NCBI RefSeq assembly: GCF_032116555.1
Contig: NZ_CP134949.1
Coordinates: forward strand, 1,674,001-1,738,000
Reading direction: 5' to 3'
DNA from: Halorarum halobium
GTDB lineage: Archaea > Halobacteriota > Halobacteria > Halobacteriales > Haloferacaceae
DNA: 64,000 nucleotides
The notes beneath the pieces are model-generated. The model did not search any database. It worked only from the letters and a program-made list of their open reading frames with translations, and was not told the DNA's origin. The translations under genes and the position numbers were made by a program. Positions 49,523 through 60,900 of this stretch are shown piece by piece. Positions within the stretch are counted from its first letter, which is position 1. Each line of letters begins with the position of its first letter.

Positions 49523-50287
49523 GTGCAGATCGCAATCCTCACCGTCGGCGAGGAACTCCTCGCCGGCGAGACCGAGAACACGAACGCCTCCTGGCTCGCC
49601 CGCGAACTCGCCGAGCGCGGCGCGACCGTGGCCCGCATCCTCGTCGTTCCCGACGATCCGGACACGATCGCCGAGCGCGTCCGGGACTGGTCGGCGACGT
49701 TCGACGCGGTCCTCGTCACGGGAGGGCTCGGCGGCACCCACGACGACGTGACGGTCGAGGGCGTCGCCGGCGCGCTCGACCGCGAGGTCGTCGTCGACCC
49801 GGCGGCACTCGACGCCGTGACCGAGTCGGCGCGCGCGTTCGCCGAGGCGAACCCCGACGTCGTCGACGAGTACGACCTCGAGATCGACCTGGAGGCGTGG
49901 GCGGAACTGCCGGCGGGGGCGCGGGTGCTCGACAATCCCGCGGGGCTGGCACCCGGCTGTTCGGTCGGGAACGTCTACGTGCTGCCCGGCGTCCCCGACG
50001 AGATGCGGGCGACGTTCGCGGGCGTCGCGGGCGAGTTCGACGGCGACGTCGTCTCCGAGACGGTGTACACCGACGCGCCGGAGGGGTCGATGGTGTCCAC
50101 GCTCGGTGACCTGCGGGACCGGTTCGACGTCGTCGTGGGGAGCTACCCGGCGCCTCGCGGGGAGTCGAACCGGGTGAAAGTGAGCGGAACGGACAGGGAG
50201 GTCGTCCGGCGCGCGACCGCCTGGCTCCGGGACCGGATCGCGGTCGCCGACCCGGACGAGCGTAACCGCCGGGATGCCGATCGGTGA
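49523..50287 (+). CDS. CinA-N/molybdopterin-binding-domain protein (COG1058-like)
   Basis: GTG start; VGEELLAGETENTNASWLA, TGGLGGTHDDVT, LPGVPDEM. Confidence 0.9.
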   Translation: MQIAILTVGEELLAGETENTNASWLARELAERGATVARILVVPDDPDTIAERVRDWSATFDAVLVTGGLGGTHDDVTVEGVAGALDREVVVDPAALDAVTESARAFAEANPDVVDEYDLEIDLEAWAELPAGARVLDNPAGLAPGCSVGNVYVLPGVPDEMRATFAGVAGEFDGDVVSETVYTDAPEGSMVSTLGDLRDRFDVVVGSYPAPRGESNRVKVSGTDREVVRRATAWLRDRIAVADPDERNRRDADR

Positions 50288-50456
50288 CCGGCCGGGCCCA
50301 GCCTTATCGAAGTCCCAGCGACCCACGTGATCCACTCGTTGTCCGCCGGTTCGTCCATCCGGCCGGCGGCGATCGTGAGGGCGGGAACGGCGTGCGATTA
50401 TCCGAACTGAGTATCGCGGCGGCACACATAACACGGAGAGGCACCGAGCGCGCACG

Positions 50457-51977
50457 ATGATGGGGGACGCTCGGGACTCGGAGGGGAAGCGAGCCGTCTC
50501 CAACACCGTCGCGGTCGTCCTGCTCATGGGGATGATCGTGACGACCGGCGCCCTGGTGCTGTTTGTCGGCTCCTCGGTCGTCACCGACTATCAGGCCGAT
50601 GCACGCGTGACGGCGACGGTCGACTCGTTCCGGGAAGTCGACGCCCGGATCAGCCAGGTCACGTTCGGCAACGACGAGATCCAGTCCGTCGAGTTCGCGG
50701 ACAGGGAGGGGAGCAGCGTCTCGATCAGGGAGGGCTCGTACGTCAACATCACCGTCGACGAGAACCCGAACTGTCGCGTTCACGCGGAGATGGGCTCGAT
50801 CGTGCGGGACTTCGACGACGACGGCGAGGTGGCATACGAGGGCGGGGGCGTCTGGCGCGAGACGGGCGGGACGACCTCGATGATCTCGCCGCCGGACTTC
50901 CAGTACCGCAACGGGACGATCGAGTTCCCGATCGTCAACGTCGGCGACAGCGGGGCCGGACGGATCGACCGGTTGGTCGTCGACAAGGACGTGGACGCCT
51001 CCCGCGAGGCGAACCGGAACATCTCCCGGATGCTGTCCGAACCGGCGTGTCGTGACCCCGAGAACGTCACGGTCACCGTCGCCAGCGAGTACTACGACGC
51101 CTGGGGCCAGTTCCTCGGGGAGACCACCGGGTCGAACGTGACCTACGACGACGCCGAGGGGAGCGCCTCGCTCACGCTCAGGGAGTTCGGCAGTTCCGTC
51201 ACCGTCAACGACGACGCCATCTCGGCGTCCGACTTCGAGGCCGAGATCGAGGTGCTCTCGACGGGCGTCTCGGGCGGGTCCTCGAACATCGACAACGCCC
51301 CCACGACGTTCTTCATCAATCGCAGCGGCGAGATACTCACCCCGTGGACCGACGGCGACCCGACCGACTCGATCGACCCCGACCAGGACGACCTCGGCCC
51401 GCCCACCGCGAACCTGCCGGTGGCGACGACCATCTCGGACGACGAATCGACCTCGTTCGCCGTCGCGGCACAGTACTGGAACTGTCACGACTACGACGAC
51501 ACCGGCATCGACCGCACGGTCGACGGGACCACCTACGACGAGTACGGCTGCGATAACGCGGGCGGGCTCGTTCTGGAGGCCTCGCTCAACCAGAACCGCG
51601 AGAACCTCATCGCGCTGACCGACGGGCAGGTCGTGCCGGGCAACCCGGCGGGATACGAGTACCAGGCGTCCCTGAAGGACATCCTCCAGGGGAAGATCGA
51701 CGACGACGGCCGCCTCCAGCTTCAGCCCAACCAGGTAGTCTACGTGTACGAGCTGACCGACGACCCCGCGGACGCGGACTGTGACGACGACGGCGTCCCC
51801 GGCTACGATGCCGACGGCGACGGCACCATCGACGACCCCGACGACGGCGAGGGATCGAGCTGTAGCGACTTCAACGATGCCGTCGTGCTCGTCACGCTGG
51901 AGGAGAACGACGGCATCTCGGCGGGCAACTTCGCCATCCACGTCTCGTTCAACCAGGTCGTGATCTCCGAGGAGTGA
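50457..51977 (+). CDS. Large pilin-like surface protein with class III signal peptide
   Basis: KRA|VSNTVAVVLLMGMIV; YEGGGVWR...MISPP motif; acidic, Cys-containing C-terminal domain. Confidence 0.8.
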   Translation: MMGDARDSEGKRAVSNTVAVVLLMGMIVTTGALVLFVGSSVVTDYQADARVTATVDSFREVDARISQVTFGNDEIQSVEFADREGSSVSIREGSYVNITVDENPNCRVHAEMGSIVRDFDDDGEVAYEGGGVWRETGGTTSMISPPDFQYRNGTIEFPIVNVGDSGAGRIDRLVVDKDVDASREANRNISRMLSEPACRDPENVTVTVASEYYDAWGQFLGETTGSNVTYDDAEGSASLTLREFGSSVTVNDDAISASDFEAEIEVLSTGVSGGSSNIDNAPTTFFINRSGEILTPWTDGDPTDSIDPDQDDLGPPTANLPVATTISDDESTSFAVAAQYWNCHDYDDTGIDRTVDGTTYDEYGCDNAGGLVLEASLNQNRENLIALTDGQVVPGNPAGYEYQASLKDILQGKIDDDGRLQLQPNQVVYVYELTDDPADADCDDDGVPGYDADGDGTIDDPDDGEGSSCSDFNDAVVLVTLEENDGISAGNFAIHVSFNQVVISEE

Positions 51978-52047
51978 GGCGGTCGCGGTCGGTCGACGCG
52001 GGGCCGACCCTCGGGAGCGGACACGATCCCGCCGGGACGACCGACGC

Positions 52048-52830
52048 TCACGTCGAGAAGCCGACGTCGAGGACGAGCAGCCTGACGAAGACGCGGTCGG
52101 CGGTGCAGGTGTAGGTCGACCCGCTCTTCGTCCACCCGTTCCCCGTCAGGTACTCGCCCCACTCGTCGGCGTAGGGCGAGGAAGTCACCGCGAGTTCGAC
52201 CGCGGTGGCGTTTGCCGCGCGCTGGTACGTGCCGCCGGTCGCGGTCGGAAACAGCAGGGAACTGTCCGACTCCGCCGAACTCACGACCACCGAGCCGTCG
52301 AACCCGACGGCCGTCACGTTGCCCGCCGGCGCGACCGCGATCAGCGAGACGACGGCACGATCCGGGTCACAAATCACGGACGGTTCGTGTGTCATCACGG
52401 CTCCGTCCTCGCGTCCCCGGAACACGGCCCCGCTCTGGTACTCGATCCGGCTGTCGTCGACGCCGATCCGGACCGAGCCGGTCGTGACCGTCGTCGCCGG
52501 CGGGTCCGGCCCGTCCGCGACCGCGACGTCGACCTCGAACGTGCTCCCCCCGGCGACGGCGATCTCCCCGCCGTTCAGGCGGATCTCGTTCGCGCGGTTC
52601 TCGCCGTCGCTCCGGCCGATCTGCTCGAACGTCACGGCGAGCGCCTCCATCGCGTCCTGTGCGCTGTTGACCTCCGCGTGTCCGGAGATATCCAGCAGCG
52701 CTCCCGAGCCGGCGGCGTACACCGTCCCGACCGAGAGCAGGATGACCGAGAACGTCAGGACGAACCCGACCGCCTCGCTCACCCCGCGGTCCGTCCCGCT
52801 GCCGTCGACGGGGCGCGACTTCGATCTCAC
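52048..52830 (-). CDS. Pilin-like protein
   Basis: GTG start overlapping the upstream stop; DRG|VSEAVGFVLTFSVILL; YQSGAVFR. Confidence 0.8.
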   Translation of the reverse strand: MRSKSRPVDGSGTDRGVSEAVGFVLTFSVILLSVGTVYAAGSGALLDISGHAEVNSAQDAMEALAVTFEQIGRSDGENRANEIRLNGGEIAVAGGSTFEVDVAVADGPDPPATTVTTGSVRIGVDDSRIEYQSGAVFRGREDGAVMTHEPSVICDPDRAVVSLIAVAPAGNVTAVGFDGSVVVSSAESDSSLLFPTATGGTYQRAANATAVELAVTSSPYADEWGEYLTGNGWTKSGSTYTCTADRVFVRLLVLDVGFST

Positions 52831-53315
52831 GAGGACCCACCTCCTTCGATCGTCAACTGGCCGTCGAAGACGACCCGAACCGCCCCGCCGGACGCGCTTC
52901 CCGGCCCGACCGGCACGTCGCTGTCGAAGGGGATCGTCACCTCGACGGTCGGCTCGACGCTCCGAAGCGTCAGGCAGCCGTCCGCGTCGCCCGGACACGA
53001 TGGGTCGGCTGCGAGGCTCACGGCGTAGCCGCTGCCGGCGACCTGCTCGACGTGGTTCGTCTCGAACGAGACGCGCACGTTCGACCCGGCGGCGGCGATC
53101 TGTTCTGCCCTGACGAGTTCCTCGACGAGCCGCTCGCCGATCGTTTCGAGCTGTCGATCGATCGAGTTCCCGCGCTGGTCCTCGACGAGCTGGCCGCCCG
53201 CGATGAGGATCCCCGAGATCAGCACCGTGGTGATCGCCGCCGTCAGCACGGTGGTGAGCGCGGACGTTGCGGCTCGATCCGTTCCGCCGAGCGGCCGGGT
53301 GGCGTCACCGGTCAT
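52827..53315 (-). CDS. Pilin-like protein
   Basis: DRA|ATSALTTVLTAAITTVLISG; QLETIGERL. Confidence 0.8.
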   Translation of the reverse strand: MTGDATRPLGGTDRAATSALTTVLTAAITTVLISGILIAGGQLVEDQRGNSIDRQLETIGERLVEELVRAEQIAAAGSNVRVSFETNHVEQVAGSGYAVSLAADPSCPGDADGCLTLRSVEPTVEVTIPFDSDVPVGPGSASGGAVRVVFDGQLTIEGGGSS

Positions 53316-54790
53316 GGTACCTCCCGTCCGACGACGACGACGCTGTCGACGTGCCACTCGTCGTTCCGGTGGTCCGCCTCGTTGCGAACCAGCCTGAGCG
53401 CGAAGTCGTCGTGGAACGCGTCCGGGTCGGTGATCGTCGCCGACACCGTGAACTCCTCGCCCTGCGAGTAGGAGTCGAACTCCCTGATCGCCTCCCAGGC
53501 GCCGCCGTCGTCGCGGTACTGGACGTAGAAGTACTCGCCGTCGTACTCCTCCGGGTGGTCGCTCCCGCCGCCGGCTTTCACCCACGCCTCGACGGTCACC
53601 TCGTCGTACGCGCTCGTGTCGTAACTGGCGGCGGTCCGGAGTCCGGACGCGTCGCCGTCGTCGCCGGCGATCGTCGCTGCCGCGCCCTGGTCGCTGTAGA
53701 CTGACTGGGTGAACGTGTCGACTGACCCGATCTCCTGCCACGCGCCGAGGCCGCCCTCGAACCCGTCGTCGAGGAGCGTCGTGACCGTCGGCCCGTCGGC
53801 CGGCGCCAGCGGTTCCACGTCGTCGATCGTCGTCCGCACCGAGACGTCGGGCGTCTCGTACACGAGATCGACGGAGGCGGCGACGATCACCGTCTCGAGG
53901 GACGGCGAGTCGCTCCCGTCGGGGGAGAGGTTCCCGGTGGGAACGGAGCCGTTCACCGCGATCCGGTAGGTTCCCTGCGCGTGCTGTCCACCGTCGAAGG
54001 TCAGGGTGTAGGGACCCGAGACCCCGTCCGCGAACGCGTAGCTGCACCCGCCGCCGACGACGCCGGTTTCGTTGAGCGTCACCGGTATCGAGCCGACGGT
54101 GCAGGTCGACGCGCCGCCGTCGTCGGTCGTCGTCTCGACCACCACGTCGCCGCCGGCGTCCCGATACACCGCCAGCTCCCACCAGTCGTCGGTCGTCGTC
54201 GAACTGGCGTTGAGCTCGAACCGATCGGAGGCGTCGACCTGGTCGACGGTCATCCCGAACGACGTGACGTTCGTCGCGTTCGCGGCGTCGACGAGTGACC
54301 AGCCGGCGTCGCCGTCGACCGACCGGAAGTCCTCCGGAGCGTCCTGCACGATCAGTTGGTCGGTGTCGGAGTCGGTTTCGTTCAGGGACACCTGGATGTA
54401 GGCCGGTTTGCCGTCGGCGACGACCTCCTGGAGCCGCCTGTTGTACGTCGTCAGGTTCCCCCGGAGTTCGGCCGTCCCCACCGAGCCGTCGGTTCCCAGC
54501 ACGCCCATCAGCCGCGCGGTGTCCTGACGGACGGCCTCGATGTAGCCCTCCGCGTCGTGGCTCGCGGCGATGGTACCGCGGTCCGGGACGCTCTCGGTGT
54601 AGATGGTGGCGTTGAACAGGACTGCTACCCCGAGCAGGGCGATGGCGACCGCGACCGCGCCGACCAGCAGGAGTTGGCCACGATCCTGCCGTGTTCGTGG
54701 CCCGCCGTCCTCCTCCGGGCCCGGTTCGGTCCCCGTTTTCCACGACCTCCGCGTCGGTTCGTCCGTCGACGTGCGGCCGCCGTCGGTCAC
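53312..54790 (-). CDS. Pilin-like protein with an extra C-terminal beta-rich domain
   Basis: DRG|QLLLVGAVAVAIALLGVAVLFN; Thr/Asp-rich extracellular region. Confidence 0.8.
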   Translation of the reverse strand: MTDGGRTSTDEPTRRSWKTGTEPGPEEDGGPRTRQDRGQLLLVGAVAVAIALLGVAVLFNATIYTESVPDRGTIAASHDAEGYIEAVRQDTARLMGVLGTDGSVGTAELRGNLTTYNRRLQEVVADGKPAYIQVSLNETDSDTDQLIVQDAPEDFRSVDGDAGWSLVDAANATNVTSFGMTVDQVDASDRFELNASSTTTDDWWELAVYRDAGGDVVVETTTDDGGASTCTVGSIPVTLNETGVVGGGCSYAFADGVSGPYTLTFDGGQHAQGTYRIAVNGSVPTGNLSPDGSDSPSLETVIVAASVDLVYETPDVSVRTTIDDVEPLAPADGPTVTTLLDDGFEGGLGAWQEIGSVDTFTQSVYSDQGAAATIAGDDGDASGLRTAASYDTSAYDEVTVEAWVKAGGGSDHPEEYDGEYFYVQYRDDGGAWEAIREFDSYSQGEEFTVSATITDPDAFHDDFALRLVRNEADHRNDEWHVDSVVVVGREVP

Positions 54791-55416
54791 CAGACGACCA
54801 CCCTGATTCGGAGCACGTTGTAGATCGGCCCGTCGGGGTCGACGTCGGGCGCGTAGAAGTTCGACGCCGGGTCGCCGAGCTGGTACGCCTCCGGCCCGGT
54901 GAGCCGCATCCGGTCGTAGACGGTGATGACGAACGACGCCTCCACGGCGTTGCTGGTGGGGTAGCCGCGCCGGACGAGCACCTGCTGGTCCGTCTCCGCC
55001 GGATCGCTGCCCGTCCGGTACTCCACGAACAAGTTGTACGTGAACCCGCGCTGGGTGAACGTCTGGTTCAACATCGCGCCGAACACGCTCGGGGCCGACC
55101 GGGCGTCAGGCGGCGGGTTCGGACCGTAGCCGAACCGGTTGCTGACGTTGTACCCGACGTAGGGGTCCGCGAACAGGCCGCTGCTGGCGTTCCAGTACAG
55201 CGCCGTCGAGGTGAGCGAGCCGTTCGTCCGGGCGGCCGCGAGCGCGTCGTTCGCCTGGACGCGGAGCTGTGCGCGGGTGTCGGCGTCGACGGTCCCCGGG
55301 GTGGTGGGCGTCAGCGCGACCGACTGCACCGACAGCAGGAGCGCGAGCACGACCAGGATCGCCGCCGCCATCCCCTCGAGCGTGTACACCTGTCCGCGGT
55401 CGGTCCCGTCACTCAT
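54787..55416 (-). CDS. Pilin-like protein
   Basis: DRG|QVYTLEGMAAAILVV; C-terminal IYNVLRIRVVVW. Confidence 0.82.
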   Translation of the reverse strand: MSDGTDRGQVYTLEGMAAAILVVLALLLSVQSVALTPTTPGTVDADTRAQLRVQANDALAAARTNGSLTSTALYWNASSGLFADPYVGYNVSNRFGYGPNPPPDARSAPSVFGAMLNQTFTQRGFTYNLFVEYRTGSDPAETDQQVLVRRGYPTSNAVEASFVITVYDRMRLTGPEAYQLGDPASNFYAPDVDPDGPIYNVLRIRVVVW

Positions 55417-55419
55417 GGG

Positions 55420-55965
55420 TCACCACGTCCTCACGACGAGCCTGCAGCTCGGTTCGGTCGGCGTCGGCCGGCAGGCCGGGAGCCCGACCGTGATCCGCGT
55501 CGAGGCGGCGACCGGGTGGGAGCCGTAGGGGTCGCCGACGGTCCGCCAGTCCGCCTCGTCGGGCGTCTCGAGCGTGACGTTGATCCGTCTCCTGTCGGGC
55601 AGTTCGTACCGATCGCGGAGGCCGTCGCCGGTCGAAGTGAACTCGTCCGGCCCGGCGACGCCCCCGAACAGGTCGTCGACGAGCGTCTCGTTCAGTTCCG
55701 TCCGGGAGCCCTCGACGGTCACGTCGTGGAGAAGTTCCGTCGTCACGCGCTCGTTGGCGATGGTCGCCGAACGCTCCATCGAGGCCGAGTACGGCGTGAA
55801 CAGCGTCGGGACGAACGCGAAGACGAACGCCGTGGCGAGCAGGAAGACGCTCACGCCGGCCGCGTAATCGAGGAGCAGTTGCCCCCGCTCGTCTCCCCGC
55901 CCTACGGAGCGGGATCGCACGGTTCGGCGGGGCGGACGGGTCACGTCGCCGTCGTCGCCGCTCAT
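55420..55965 (-). CDS. Pilin-like protein
   Basis: ERG|QLLLDYAAGVSVFLL..FVFAFVP; C-terminal C...CRLVVRTW. Confidence 0.82.
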   Translation of the reverse strand: MSGDDGDVTRPPRRTVRSRSVGRGDERGQLLLDYAAGVSVFLLATAFVFAFVPTLFTPYSASMERSATIANERVTTELLHDVTVEGSRTELNETLVDDLFGGVAGPDEFTSTGDGLRDRYELPDRRRINVTLETPDEADWRTVGDPYGSHPVAASTRITVGLPACRPTPTEPSCRLVVRTW

Positions 55966-57995
55966 GCGACCACCACCCAGACGGCGAGCGCGAGCGTCAT
56001 CAGGACGACGACGAACTTCACGCCCGAGACGATCTTCGCGTCCCGGATGTAGCCGCTGATGAACCCGGAGATGATGGCCTGAAGGGTGACCGCGTGGAAG
56101 AACAGCAGCGAGAGCATGTCGGGGTCGATGTTGCCCCCGAAGCTGAGCCCGCCGGCCTGCGCCCCGCCACCGTTCCCGCTGGCCTGGTCGGTGAGCCCCG
56201 CCATGACGTCGATGAACTGCGTCTGGAGGATGGCCATCACGCCGAGCAGGGTGACGTACGTCATCAGGATGATGGCGACCTGCATCCGCGCCCTCGACTT
56301 CCGCTCCCGGTCGATGTCGTCCTGGTTCTCGGACGCCTGCGCGGCCGTCGTCAGCACGTCGGTGATCTGGCTCGACGCCTCCTGTGCCTCCGAGATGAGC
56401 TTGATCGTCCGCGCCAGCCGGGGGATGTGGTACTCGTTGTTGAACTCGACGAGCGCCTCCCTGACGCTCGTGCCGTAGTTCACCTTCGCGTACATCACCT
56501 CGAACTCGTCGGCGAGCCGTCCCGAGGACGTCTCGGCGACCGTCTCCATCGACTCCAGCAGCGTCTGGCCGGTGTCGTTCGCCGAGGAGAGCTTCCGGAG
56601 GCTCTCGGAGAGCTTCCCCGTGATGCCGGCGCGCCGCCGGACGTTCCAGAAGTTGAACACGGCGAGGGGAAGACAGACGACGTACATCGGCAGGTAGACG
56701 AGCAGGAACGTTCCCCAGATCGGGTTGTCGATCAGGCGGTCGTACGACAGGGGTGCCCGACCGGACGCGACGCCGATTCCGACCAGCACGAGCGCGGCAG
56801 GCACGGTCAGCGCGAGCGTGTACGGCGGGTTGTCCCGGAAGAAGACGTGCGGGGCGGACAACAGCCGTTTCGTCCGGAAGTTGCCCTCGCGGCTCTTGAT
56901 GCGGTCGAACAGTCCGTACGAGCCGACGAACGACTCGACGAGCCCGAGGTGGACCAGCCCGCCGCGCTGGCTCTGGGCGAACTGCTCGTCGACGCCGTCC
57001 GGGTCGAGGTAGCCGTCGCCGACCTCGTCCTGTTTGACCGTCGAGACCAGCACGAGAAAGCCCACGCCGATCAGCGGCGTGAGGAGATACACCGTCGCGT
57101 ACAGCAGGCGGTCCTGGCTCTGGCCCAGCATCGACATGATGACGAGAATGATGATGAGCAGTAGCGGGAACAGCGAGAGCGTCATGTACATCTCGCCGAA
57201 CAGTTCCAGCGTCTCCAGGGTCAGTTGCTGCTGCTGTTTCGCGGTTCGGAGGTGTTTCTCCTTCTTGTCCTTCAGGAACCGCTCCATGTCGCCCCCCGAG
57301 TTGATGATCGAGAGCATGTCCGTCAGGAACTGTGAGAGTTCGTCGCTCGGGGTTTCTGCGGCCTGCTCGCGGACCGCGTTCCGGTAGTCGGTCCCGAAGT
57401 ACTCCGTCTCCTGGACGATGCTCTGGAACTCCTTTGCGACCTCGCCGTAGGTGTCCTCGGCCTGGGCCATCGACTCGAGGATCTCGAGCTGGTTGAGCCC
57501 GCCGACCGAGAGCGCGTACATGAACGACACCGAGTCCGAGAGCAGCATCTCGATCTCCCGCTCCCGGGCGCTCGCCCGCTGGTACGGGATCGCCAGCAGC
57601 GTCCCGAACCCGCTCACGAAGCCCAGCGTCCCGAAGAACAGGCCGCTCAACAGCACCCCTAGGGGCATCTTGAGGCTGTCGAGCAACGCGGCGTTTTCGG
57701 CCGAGGAGACGGGGATTCCGAGCCCGACGCTTTCGGCCGAGAGGACCCCGAACGCGAACAGCACCCAGCCCAGCAGCATGCCCACGATCCACAGCGCCAG
57801 ACCGACGAGGACGCCGACACCGAGCGCGCGGGAGACGTACAGTTCGACCGGCCGGTTCATCCGGGCTTCGGTCAGCTTCTCCTCGATGCCGGCGACGAAG
57901 TCGCCGTGCTCGTCGAACAGCCGCCTGAACAGCGGGTAGAACGCGTCCGCGAACCCCCGCGCGTCGCCGAAGCCGTCGCCGGTGTCCAGGCTCAT
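55962..57995 (-). CDS. pilC: Type IV pilus platform membrane protein (T2SS-F/PilC/FlaJ family, two domains)
   Basis: FMYALSVGG, YGEVAKEF, TPSDEL, LSSANDTG; two T2SS-F repeats. Confidence 0.9.
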   Translation of the reverse strand: MSLDTGDGFGDARGFADAFYPLFRRLFDEHGDFVAGIEEKLTEARMNRPVELYVSRALGVGVLVGLALWIVGMLLGWVLFAFGVLSAESVGLGIPVSSAENAALLDSLKMPLGVLLSGLFFGTLGFVSGFGTLLAIPYQRASAREREIEMLLSDSVSFMYALSVGGLNQLEILESMAQAEDTYGEVAKEFQSIVQETEYFGTDYRNAVREQAAETPSDELSQFLTDMLSIINSGGDMERFLKDKKEKHLRTAKQQQQLTLETLELFGEMYMTLSLFPLLLIIILVIMSMLGQSQDRLLYATVYLLTPLIGVGFLVLVSTVKQDEVGDGYLDPDGVDEQFAQSQRGGLVHLGLVESFVGSYGLFDRIKSREGNFRTKRLLSAPHVFFRDNPPYTLALTVPAALVLVGIGVASGRAPLSYDRLIDNPIWGTFLLVYLPMYVVCLPLAVFNFWNVRRRAGITGKLSESLRKLSSANDTGQTLLESMETVAETSSGRLADEFEVMYAKVNYGTSVREALVEFNNEYHIPRLARTIKLISEAQEASSQITDVLTTAAQASENQDDIDRERKSRARMQVAIILMTYVTLLGVMAILQTQFIDVMAGLTDQASGNGGGAQAGGLSFGGNIDPDMLSLLFFHAVTLQAIISGFISGYIRDAKIVSGVKFVVVLMTLALAVWVVVA

Positions 57996-60900
57996 CTACC
58001 CATCCTCCGGGTTCTCGACCTCGCCGAACCCCCAGTCGTCGATCTCGTCGTCGGATACCCCGTCGACCTCGTCACTGCCGTCCCGGTCACCGTCGTCCTG
58101 ATCGCTGCCGTCCTCGTCACCGTCGGCCGAGTCCGGTTCGTCCCCGTCCGGGTCGACCGGGTTCGAGTCCTCACCCGACTCGATCCCGTTCGGATCCTCA
58201 CGCGATTCGACTTCCTTCGAGCCCCCGGAATCGACGTCGTCGTCGAACTGATCGACGGCGTCGAACGGATCCGCGGTCGACTCCGAAACCGTCCCGTCGC
58301 CGGACGGATCCCCGTCGTCCGGCTCGTCGTCGAACGCTGATGGCCGGGCAGTCGGGTCCGCGTCCACCGCATCGCTCGCGTCGATGTCCGGCTCCGGTCG
58401 CACGTCCCGCAGCGCCGAGAGCACGCTGTCCGGCTCCGCGCCCCGGTACTCCGCCAGGAGGTCCTCCGCGCGGTCGAGCACGTCCTCGGCCTCCGCGGCG
58501 GTCCGCTCGTCCGGCTCGGGGCGGGGGACCATCTCCTCCTTGTCGGCGTCGACGTCGATGAGCACCGACTCCATCTCGCGGAGGTCCTCCAGGCTCTCCT
58601 CGAGCCCCTCGTCGGCCATCAGCGCGAGGATCGTCTCGGGGTCGTTGATGAACGCCTGGAGCGTCGCCGCGACCTGCGTGTACGTGTTCAGGCCGCGGTC
58701 GATGAGGTACGCGAGCACCGCACGCCGCTGGAGGAGCTCCTCCTGAAGCGTCTCGTGGGACCAGCCCCGGTCGAAGGCGATCTCCTCGAGGGTGTTCGAC
58801 TCGCCCATCTTCAGGAAGTTGTCCGTCTCGGCCTGCCACTGGTAGACGTCCTGGACGTTGATCTCGTCGTTCTCGGCGTCGTAGTGGTTGATCTCGGTGA
58901 GCGACTTGTTCCGGCGGACCTTCCGGCCCTGCACCCGGGTCGACGTCTGGATGGAGACGAGATCCAGCGCCGTGAACATCGTCTTCGAGACGTTGATCGG
59001 GTCCGTGGTGAACCGCTTCAGCACCTCGCCGACGCTGTCGGCGTGGAACGTGGTGTAGGTCGTGTGCCCGGTCGACATGACCTGAAACAGCGTCCGGCCC
59101 TCCTCGCCACGGATCTCGCCCATCACGATGTAGTCGGGGCGCTGGCGGAGCGCGGCCTCCAGCAGGTCGAACTCGTCGACGTCGCCCTTGTCGTCCTCGG
59201 AGAACGAGGGACGGGTGACCGACGCGATCCAGTTGCGCTGGGGCAGTTCGACCTCGCGGGTGTCCTCGATGGAGACGATCTTCGAGTTCGACGGGATGAA
59301 CAGCGAGACGGCGTTCAGGCTCGTGGTCTTGCCGGACGCGGTGCCGCCGGCGAAGATCAGGCTCTTGTGGTTCTCGATGCAGAGCCAGAGGAACGCCATC
59401 TCGTCCAGCGAGAACGTCGTCCAGTTGATCAGGTCGATCGGCGTGAACGGGACGTCCTTGAACTGCCGGATGGTGTAGTTCGTCCCGTGATCGGACACCT
59501 CCTTGCCGAGCGTGAGCTGGGCGCGGGAGCCGTCCGGCAGCGTCGCGTCGACCTGCGGGCGCCGCTTCGAGATCCCCTTCCCCGAGCGCTGGGCGAGTTT
59601 GACGACGAAGTCGTCGAGTTCGGCCGTCCCGTGGTAGACGTTCGAGATGATCTGCTCGTAATCGGAGTGGTAGACGAAGACGGGGCTCTCGTAGCCGTCA
59701 CAGGAGATGTCCTCGACGTTGATGTCGTGTTTGATGCCGTCGATGCGTTCGTAGCCGATGAAGTCGCGTTCGAGGTAGTAGAGGAGCTTTCGCACCGTGT
59801 ACTCCGTGAGCGTCTCCGGGTCCTCCGCGATGACCGCCGGCTCGGGCCGCGCCGCGATCCCCTCGATCTCCCCCTCGGTGACCGGCTCATCGAACCCCAG
59901 CGCGCGGACGAGTCGCCCGGCGGCGCCGTCGTCCGGGTCGATGCCGAGCGCGTCGGCGAGTTTGTTCCCGAGCCCCTCGCTCTCCTCGCGTCGGTAGAGG
60001 TCGTACCTGTCGAGCAGGTCGTACGTCTCCTCGCGGATGACCTCCTTCCTGTGGGCCTCGTCGCTCGCAACGCCGCCCTCGTCGGCGTACTTGATCGCCG
60101 AGCGCAGTTTCCCCTCCAGGAACTCGGTGAGGTCGTCCTCGATGGGGTTGCGGTACGGCTCGACGACGTAGTACTTCTTCTCGTTCTCCTTGGTCGAGTG
60201 GAACAGGACGACGAACGAGTACGGCTCGTTCACCCAGTAGCGCTCCTCCTCGCGGAAGTGGGTCTTCTTCGCCATCGGGACGGCCTTCTCCAGGTCGTAC
60301 CGGTTCGCGATCGTCGTCCGACCGTCGGCCCGCGAGAAGAACTCGTCCTCGTCGACGTCCTCGTTCACGTCGACCGTCCGCTCGTCGACCAGGTCGTCGA
60401 GTTCCGGCGCGCGCCCGCTCAGGTGTCCGAGCGTCTCCTCGATGGCGTCCGGGTCGAACCCGAGCGCGTCCGTCCTGTCCTCGTGGGTGAACGCGAGCGG
60501 TTCGCCCTCGTCGTCGGTCGGCGGCTCACCCTCCTCGTCCAGAAAGTACTCCTCGCGGTAGTCCTCCCAGGTGTAGAAGTCCTTGACGACGGGCGTGTCG
60601 TCGTAGCCGATGAGCGCGGACTGGTCGGTGATCCGGCCGGCGATCTCGGCCCCCGCCGCGAACCGACCCGGCAACGCGTCCGGATCGTCGCCGAGGAACT
60701 CGGCGGGGTCGAGCCCGACCGCGCGAACGTCGTCGGCGGTGATCGGCCGACGGTCCGGCTCCCGTTCGGAATCAGCGTCCCCGGTTCCATCGTCCGCCGC
60801 CCCACCGTCTCCGACGTCCTCCCGTTCGTCGGGGTCGATTCGTGCCCGCTCGTCCAGCCGGTCCGCCTCGGTCTCGTACCCCAGTTCCCGCAGTAGATCG

